This document shows positions 58,397 to 64,000 of a stretch of 64,000 nt of DNA, piece after piece. The translations under genes were made by a program, and so were the position numbers. A model generated the notes under the pieces. That model made no database searches, was not told where the DNA came from, and saw nothing but the letters and a program-made list of their open reading frames with translations. The DNA is from an uncultured euryarchaeote (lineage in GTDB: Archaea > Thermoplasmatota > Poseidoniia > Poseidoniales > Poseidoniaceae). The stretch is taken from the NCBI GenBank assembly GCA_937915175.1, contig CALDNA010000052.1, positions 25,150 to 89,149 of the forward strand, read 5' to 3'. Position 1 is the stretch's first letter, and each line of letters begins with the position of its first letter.

Positions 58397-58635
58397 GGAA
58401 ATCACCAAGTGTCCCTCAATGGGCCTTCGGCCCACCGTCGCCAAAGCATTTCAACTTCTCCCTCTCCCGTTCCAGTGAAGAATGTGAGTCTTGGTTTGTG
58501 ACTTGTTCTCAACCGCTCCACCTGCTTATATCCTGTTTGTGGTGCAATGATTTGACATTCCTTAGCCGTCCTCAGAAGGAAGCCTCAAGGAGTCGTTCGG
58601 ATTATCGTTGGATAAGGCGGACAACGGTGCTTGGT

Positions 58636-59013
58636 ATGATTTCAAAATGGTGGGCAAGGCAACACGGACGACAACTTGGCTATGCCGCAGCGGCTTCGGG
58701 CGCCATGGGCATCTTGTTTCTGTTGAGTGCTGCTCAGATCCTTTTCCTTCAAGGGAGCACCTCACCGTACGATGAGTTCACAGGCCTTTCGATAGGTTTA
58801 GGGGTATTTTCAGCCATCATGCTTCTCATCATTTTGCCCGAGTTTATGACTTTGCGTGGCCACGCTTTGCTGCTTGAGGAATTACGAAGCATCGATTCCA
58901 CTTCGGAATTACGCCGTCGAAAAGCAGAGGGTGACGAATCAGCAGACGCACTCGGAGCCGGTCACGATGTATCTTGGACAGCATTCCTTGAAAGCAAGGG
59001 ACTTCGACGATAA
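58636..59013 (+). CDS. Small membrane protein (two TM helices), unknown function
   Basis: Internal ATG 58636 chosen; the longer ORF overlaps the giant gene on the opposite strand. Hydrophobic segments GAMGILFLLSAAQILFL and GLGVFSAIMLLIILPEF. Confidence 0.4.
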   Translation: MISKWWARQHGRQLGYAAAASGAMGILFLLSAAQILFLQGSTSPYDEFTGLSIGLGVFSAIMLLIILPEFMTLRGHALLLEELRSIDSTSELRRRKAEGDESADALGAGHDVSWTAFLESKGLRR

Positions 59014-59030
59014 GCCAGAGGGGACCGTCA

Positions 59031-60035
59031 TTGGAAAGGAAAGACCCGCTCATACTGTTGCTCCGAGAAGTGGCATTGGCTGCGGGGATGATCGGTATTC
59101 TGGTGCTTGGATTGTACGCTCACACAGGTTCGATGCCACCCCTTGTGGTCGTCGAATCTTCCTCTATGATTCATGAAGAGAATGGCGAGGTTGGAAGCAT
59201 AGATGCGGGTGATTTGGTTTTGGTCCATGATCAATCAATGGACACCGTAACCACCTTTGCAGAAGCGTCAAATCCAGCTCACCCTCGTTATGGATACGAA
59301 CAGCATGGCATGGCGGGCGATGTCATCATTTACGACAAAAATGGCGACGGAGGCACCCCAATTATCCATCGCGCCATCCTCGAAGTTGTGGCTCATCTTA
59401 CTCAAACACCCAACCGCACTGCTCCCACAGACGCTCCCTCCAACACCCACTGCCCTGACGGTGGAAGTTACGATGATGCACTGCTTGACATCGACGGAGC
59501 GCTCGGTACATGCGTCTTAACTTGGAACGTACCGGGCACCGCTGTGGTGAACGCTTCGACCATTACCATCGCCTTTGACGGCGTTGATGCCGGCTATTAT
59601 GATTGCAAACGCATGGCTCACGCCAACGTCGAACCTTACTTGGTGGTCTGGAATTGGACGCCATCCCAAGCGGGCATGCTTACGCTTGGTGACAACAACC
59701 ATTGCTCCGTAGATCAGGGCTCCAGTGCCGTGAATGGTTCAGTTGGCGTCCACAGTGAATCAGGAGTTGTTCGACCAGTTCGAGATTCGTGGTTGATCGG
59801 GGTTGCAGGCGGCGAATTGCCATGGTTGGGGACCGTTAAATTAGCCCTCAACGTCGAATCCACATCACCAGGAACAATCTATGTTCCAAATTCGTCCTAT
59901 CTGGCTTTATTCATCATCGTGGCAGGCGTGCTTCTCGCCCCTATGGCCTTGCAGCCCGTTCTTGAGCGAATCATAAAAGGATCACCAGAACTCAAAGTGG
60001 CTCAAGAGGAACTTGCTGGGGACGAAGAAGAGTAG
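59031..60035 (+). CDS. Signal peptidase I, archaeal/eukaryal Sec11 type (S26B), with large insertions
   Basis: N-terminal TM, VVVESSSMIHE (catalytic Ser), AGDLVLVHD, IIHRAI (catalytic His), LTLGDNNHCSVDQG. C-terminal TM. Confidence 0.75.
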   Translation: MERKDPLILLLREVALAAGMIGILVLGLYAHTGSMPPLVVVESSSMIHEENGEVGSIDAGDLVLVHDQSMDTVTTFAEASNPAHPRYGYEQHGMAGDVIIYDKNGDGGTPIIHRAILEVVAHLTQTPNRTAPTDAPSNTHCPDGGSYDDALLDIDGALGTCVLTWNVPGTAVVNASTITIAFDGVDAGYYDCKRMAHANVEPYLVVWNWTPSQAGMLTLGDNNHCSVDQGSSAVNGSVGVHSESGVVRPVRDSWLIGVAGGELPWLGTVKLALNVESTSPGTIYVPNSSYLALFIIVAGVLLAPMALQPVLERIIKGSPELKVAQEELAGDEEE

Positions 60036-60749
60036 TCAGCTGCTCAACGCTTCGTCCATTCCTAATTCACCCCTTGCAACAGCAAGAGCTAATTTGGTCG
60101 AGATGGTTTTTCTTCCATTGCTCACCTTTCGGCTTTGACGTTGAATTTCTCTTAGTTCGCCATTGGTAGGAATAATTGGGCGTTGTTCGAACACCCTTTC
60201 GCCCGGAATCAAAGCAATCCGAACTGCAGACACGACGTGATTGTGGCGCAGCAAACCCTTTGACGTCCTCGCTTCATTGACTTCTTCCATCTGGAGGCCT
60301 GCCGCGATGCACCGGTTGATGATGTGATCTCGCAACAACGGCGCTCCATCGCCAATTCGAATGTGTGAAGTTTTGTGTTGGACCGCTGTTTGGATGGCCC
60401 TTACATGCCCAACAACATCCTCAATGTTCTCCATTTGTTCCATACCTAGGAGCACTCCATCGGCGAGCCACGCTATGCCGGGCCGTGGTCCCGGGTCGAC
60501 CCCGAAAGTGAGGCGATGAATTTCATGGACGCCTCGCAGGTGCTGAATCGCCCGCAGTATTGCCCCGTCAATGTCATCAAGCGATGCGGCAACGGGTCGC
60601 CCTTCTGATTCACGACCAACAATTTCGATTTCGGTCGAAATCCAAACTGTTTCAGCGTGGGCAAGCGGTGCATCGTGTTCAATGAGGTCAAATCTAAGGT
60701 TTCGAAGCCTAAGCGATTGCATCAATCTGAACGCCAATCGGAAGTCCAT
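60036..60749 (-). CDS. RNase H-fold (RuvC/YqgF-like) putative nuclease
   Basis: FGVDPGPRPGIAWLADGVLLG resembles the first strand-turn-strand of RuvC/COG2433-type nucleases. Internal ATG 60749 chosen because the longer ORF overlaps hjc. Confidence 0.45.
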   Translation of the reverse strand: MDFRLAFRLMQSLRLRNLRFDLIEHDAPLAHAETVWISTEIEIVGRESEGRPVAASLDDIDGAILRAIQHLRGVHEIHRLTFGVDPGPRPGIAWLADGVLLGMEQMENIEDVVGHVRAIQTAVQHKTSHIRIGDGAPLLRDHIINRCIAAGLQMEEVNEARTSKGLLRHNHVVSAVRIALIPGERVFEQRPIIPTNGELREIQRQSRKVSNGRKTISTKLALAVARGELGMDEALSS

Positions 60750-60903
60750 GGTCCGGACCGCAAGCCTCGTCACGGACCTGCATTGGTCGAGGAGGTTCAA
60801 GGAAGTTTGTGTTCGTCGGCGTCTCTTTGCGTCGATTCTTTTTGGGCAGAACTGCGGGCTTTTGTCCGAAGTTATGAAGAACGATTGACATTGATGAACG
60901 ATT

Positions 60904-61590
60904 ATGTCCAGCCAGTATGAACGGGAATTGCGGCAAGTTTTAGCGGGTGTCCCAAACGGGGTCGAGGGCGTGATTCGTTCGTGTAAACCACCGGAAAAAG
61001 AACGCATGCGGCTGGTTATGGACCGGCCTTTTTTGGTGGTGCGGGCCGCAGGATCCGGCATGGAAGGAACGGGTGACCTGCTTGCTCTTCGTGGTGATTT
61101 GTGCTTCCCCATCGAAGTGAAGAGCACGAAAGCCAACAAACTCTACCTCTCAGGTCGAACCAAAGATCAATATCAAGCGATGGTCAATGAAGGGGAACGC
61201 TGCCATTTGATGCCACTGTACGCTCATCGCTTGAAGGGCGTACGAGGCGACTCATGGAGGATTTTCCGCGTCGAAACTTCAAACCTCACCGGCCGATTGC
61301 GGCAGTTGGAAAAGTGGATCCCAGCCTTTCCCAAGAACAGAAACGGCTCGAACTATCTCAACTGGGCAGACGGTATGCCATTGAATCAATTTGTTGCCCT
61401 CCTCTGTTCCAAAGCAGGCTCTGAAGCAGCGTCGCTCGCCGGGCTCACCGCTCGAGCAGCCCCGCCAATCGCCAGCAGCCTGCCCGACACAACCACCGAT
61501 GCGCCTCAACCTGCGCCGCTCACAACGGTCTTACGAGCAAGAACACAAACGAATGTGCTTGCTGAGCTGGCACGCAGACGCTCATCCTGA
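60904..61590 (+). CDS. hjc: Archaeal Holliday junction resolvase Hjc with a ~95-aa C-terminal extension
   Basis: YERELRQVL, VVRAAGSG, GDLLAL, FPIEVKSTK (E...D...ExK catalytic set present). Confidence 0.75.
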   Translation: MSSQYERELRQVLAGVPNGVEGVIRSCKPPEKERMRLVMDRPFLVVRAAGSGMEGTGDLLALRGDLCFPIEVKSTKANKLYLSGRTKDQYQAMVNEGERCHLMPLYAHRLKGVRGDSWRIFRVETSNLTGRLRQLEKWIPAFPKNRNGSNYLNWADGMPLNQFVALLCSKAGSEAASLAGLTARAAPPIASSLPDTTTDAPQPAPLTTVLRARTQTNVLAELARRRSS

Positions 61591-61593
61591 GGC

Positions 61594-63051
61594 TTACAAG
61601 TACGGTACGACGATGATGAAAGCAAGCATCATCAACAGGGCAAGAGAAGAAAGACTCGATGCTTTGCTTGAAATGTGGTCGATCCACATGGGATGTATGT
61701 TCCACAGTTTCGTCTTTTTCCCAACCTTCTTCACCGCAGTGAGGGTGCCATGGAGCGTGTCTTTGAACAGATGGCCTCCATCGAAAGGTACCATTGGAAT
61801 CAGATTGGTGAAGCCCAGAAGGATGTTGACCCACATAAGCCAGAAGAAGAAGTTCACCATAAACAAAATGCCATTCGTTCCAAGCACACCACCAATGCCT
61901 TCGTCAGCTGCGGTGAGCATTGCTTCTTCCATTGGATACATCGAAACCCCTTGCAATTGAAGAGGGACGACCATGATGGTGAGGATGTGAATAGGCGCAT
62001 ATACAACCTTCACGAGGAGGTTTTCTTCAAACCGTGGTGAAAATGGGCCTGCCAATCGGTCGATGCCTTGAGTCCCCTCAGCAAGTCCGTTGACGCCCAA
62101 GAAAGGATCTTCTGGTTCAATCTGTGATGCTTCTAAGTATGCCTCGCTCCATCCTAAGTTTTGGTGGTAGAGGTACTTGTCTCCAAGAACAACGGTCAGC
62201 GTTTCTTGTTCTCCATTTTCATGTTGAACTCCAATCAACACCGTATCGTTGGCTCGGAAGGCATTCATTTCGTCCCTAAAGCCGTCAAGTCCAACCACTT
62301 CACTGCCGTTGATGGTCAGAATTTGATCCCATGGTTGCATGCCTGCTTCTTCGGCACCACCGTCGACAATCAGGGCGCGGACGTGCGGATGGGGTGTGGT
62401 TGACACCATCTGGCCTGCCAATCCTCCGAGCATTAACAAGCAAACGAACGCCGCAAAAAGATTGGTTGCGGGCCCAGCAGCAAACATACGCATTCGTTCC
62501 CGGCGAGGCGCTCGGTGCAACTCCTCATACTGAGGTTCAGCAAACGCCCCAAGCGGAAGTGGGCCGAGTTGAAGCAATCCAAAGGCTCGGATGCGCATGC
62601 CGTGGGCCCTTGCTAGCAAACCGTGGCCGAATTCATGAATCACTAAGGCAACGATGAACGCCATTGCGCCCCAGCCAAGTGGAATCATCGGGTTCAACCC
62701 TGGAATTGCAACAAGTTCGCTTGCCGAAGGTGGATCTGTTGTCGGCGGGTAGAGCACTGCTGTGATGAATGCCAGACCCATAAGAAGGCCAACTAAAAGC
62801 ATCGACCCAACGCATATCCAAAGGGAGATTTCACCATAGATTCGCCAAAACTTCCGTGGTTTGGAGATTTTTTCCAGCATTTTCAAACCGTAGGTGCCGC
62901 GAACCATCAACACAATCCCAAACACTCGGCTTGCGTTCCATTTGTCCAAGGTACCGTTCCGCTCCCATGTTCGAAGAAGAATGTACCACAAAAGCACGAG
63001 CAGGAGCAACAGTTTCCAATCGGCTTGAACCGACCCCCATGCTCCATCCAT
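61594..63051 (-). CDS. Site-2 protease family (M50) intramembrane metalloprotease with a PDZ-like insert
   Basis: HEFGHGLLARAHG (HExxH), NLIPMVPFDGGHL (LDG motif), multiple TM helices. ATG 63051 chosen (the ORF track starts at TTG 63114). Confidence 0.88.
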   Translation of the reverse strand: MDGAWGSVQADWKLLLLLVLLWYILLRTWERNGTLDKWNASRVFGIVLMVRGTYGLKMLEKISKPRKFWRIYGEISLWICVGSMLLVGLLMGLAFITAVLYPPTTDPPSASELVAIPGLNPMIPLGWGAMAFIVALVIHEFGHGLLARAHGMRIRAFGLLQLGPLPLGAFAEPQYEELHRAPRRERMRMFAAGPATNLFAAFVCLLMLGGLAGQMVSTTPHPHVRALIVDGGAEEAGMQPWDQILTINGSEVVGLDGFRDEMNAFRANDTVLIGVQHENGEQETLTVVLGDKYLYHQNLGWSEAYLEASQIEPEDPFLGVNGLAEGTQGIDRLAGPFSPRFEENLLVKVVYAPIHILTIMVVPLQLQGVSMYPMEEAMLTAADEGIGGVLGTNGILFMVNFFFWLMWVNILLGFTNLIPMVPFDGGHLFKDTLHGTLTAVKKVGKKTKLWNIHPMWIDHISSKASSLSSLALLMMLAFIIVVPYL

Positions 63052-63106
63052 GCCTTGGCCAACATGTCTTCTGCCTTCAACCTTAAGCGAACTCGCTTGG
63101 TGGTTG

Positions 63107-63688
63107 ATGAACAAAGTTGAATATGGTTCGATTCAACCGATATGCATGGTGTCCCACAAGTTCGCGCTTGAAACATGGTGTGAAGAGACGTGGGGGCAGG
63201 TTCCGCTCGAGATTTCTGAGTGGGCAGCACATGACGATGTTCTTCAAGTGTTCATCAAACTTAACCGAGGGGTTTTGATTGCAGATTTCGCCATGGATTC
63301 TGAAAATCAGTTGCAGTGCGAAGAGCACCTCCACATCCCACAAGACCGATGGAACCCAGGCTCAGTTCAAGCGCATCGAACGAGCGAAGGGCGGGTGCGT
63401 TTCCGTCACCGCTCCTCAGAAATTGTCCTCTCTGCGCGCCTTCGCGCTCCTGAATGGGGCCAAGCCCTGCTTGAAGAGTGGTTGATGGATCAACGCGGTG
63501 AAGCGCTAAAACCAAAAGATCGCAGTCAAAGATTGAGCAGCATCAATCGGAGCAAGTTAAGCATTGAACGCAACTTGAATCAGGCTCGTCTCACCCATGC
63601 TAAATCGGAACTGGCTATTACAACAGACCGTTTAGAATCCGCTGAGCGTGGTTTGGATTCCAAACACCGCACGCGTGAAGAAGAGTGA
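63107..63688 (+). CDS. Hypothetical protein with a C-terminal coiled-coil segment
   Basis: ORF with ATG at 63107. No recognisable motif. Confidence 0.4.
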   Translation: MNKVEYGSIQPICMVSHKFALETWCEETWGQVPLEISEWAAHDDVLQVFIKLNRGVLIADFAMDSENQLQCEEHLHIPQDRWNPGSVQAHRTSEGRVRFRHRSSEIVLSARLRAPEWGQALLEEWLMDQRGEALKPKDRSQRLSSINRSKLSIERNLNQARLTHAKSELAITTDRLESAERGLDSKHRTREEE

Positions 63689-64000
63689 TCATCCAAGTCG
63701 GACCTTGTAGCGGTCCCGTCCGTTCGCATACAGGGTGATGGTGCCTGATGAAGAAACGCAGATAGCAAGCCCTTCAGACAATTGAGATATCGCTCTGGCT
63801 GCCAAATGCCGCCCACCCTCTCCTGCTTTTGGGGAAACGCCAGCAGGCACTTGGATGTAGCGTCCAGCATCGCTTGCAATGCCTTCACGGTTGAATAAAA
63901 TCGCACCGTCAAGCCATGCGAATTCGGCGAGGGTCTCATGGTTGGACTCGTCAAGTATGGTTCGTTTTTCTGCGGGGTGGCCTTTGAACGGATTGAGGAC
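63689..64000 (-). CDS. Diadenylate cyclase (DAC/DisA_N domain) protein, C-terminal 103 aa (5' end lies outside the window)
   Basis: Not in the ORF track because the frame has no Met. My own translation of the minus strand from 64000 gives VLNPFKGHPAEKRTILDESNHETLAEFAWLDGAILFNREGIASDAGRYIQVPAGVSPKAGEGGRHLAARAISQLSEGLAICVSSSGTITLYANGRDRYKVRLG*, which matches the DGA...G.RH.AA..IS....A..VS..G.I pattern. Confidence 0.75.
   Translation of the reverse strand, partial: VLNPFKGHPAEKRTILDESNHETLAEFAWLDGAILFNREGIASDAGRYIQVPAGVSPKAGEGGRHLAARAISQLSEGLAICVSSSGTITLYANGRDRYKVRLG

Noticed and set aside
58384-58635. N-terminal extension of ORF 58384..59013
   Set aside because: It overlaps the 5' end of the giant minus-strand gene and looks non-coding (Cys/Ser/Pro-rich). 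Hydrophobic helices only begin after ATG 58636.
60750-61139. N-terminal 130 aa of the 367-aa ORF 60036..61139
   Set aside because: The extension is basic and low-complexity, and it overlaps the well-supported hjc gene on the opposite strand. I used the internal ATG at 60749 instead.
63580-63954. 124-aa minus-strand ORF from the track
   Set aside because: It overlaps both the hypothetical plus-strand gene and, out of frame, the much better supported DAC-domain frame. Its sequence is low-complexity, S/R/P-rich shadow-ORF material.

Overview
This window looks like a chromosomal segment from an archaeon. The lineage-diagnostic features are the rpl7ae-rps28e-rpl24e-ndk-aIF5B block, deoxyhypusine synthase, Hjc resolvase, geranylgeranyl reductase, a Sec11-type signal peptidase and a PGF-CTERM sorting signal. 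Strongly acidic predicted proteins, bacterial-type UvrB, peptide and leucine catabolism genes and several giant surface proteins suggest a marine Thermoplasmatota or Poseidoniales-like euryarchaeon; that placement is inference only. I call about 52 protein genes and one tRNA-Ile(GAU). I see no rRNA, CRISPR array, transposase or integrase. Many genes have GGAGG-type Shine-Dalgarno sequences, and I used these to trim several ORF-track starts to internal ATGs. Main blocks: a metal P-type ATPase with an ArsR regulator; a co-directional block of zinc-ribbon proteins, an 857-aa coiled-coil protein and a propeller/TSP3 membrane protein; a ParA/RHH cassette next to MoxR; the ribosomal-protein block, prs and the tRNA; a 517-bp AT-rich repeat-bearing gap; uvrB-dys-BNR; a 1327-aa PGF-CTERM protein with 18 LDLa-like modules; UbiD/UbiA, a cupredoxin, GGR and CcmF; an FKBP-SAP fusion; a methylcrotonyl-CoA carboxylase cluster; serS; a presenilin-like protease with a large ectodomain; folC, dCMP deaminase, Lhr; a 1712-aa surface protein; signal peptidase, Hjc, an S2P protease and a partial diadenylate cyclase. 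The items most worth follow-up are the two-cysteine LDLa-like repeat array, the AT-rich motif-dense gap (candidate origin or small-RNA/promoter hub), the expanded presenilin homolog, the ParA-RHH-small protein cassette and the coiled-coil/zinc-ribbon neighbourhood. All functional calls come from motif recognition by eye. No database search was run.
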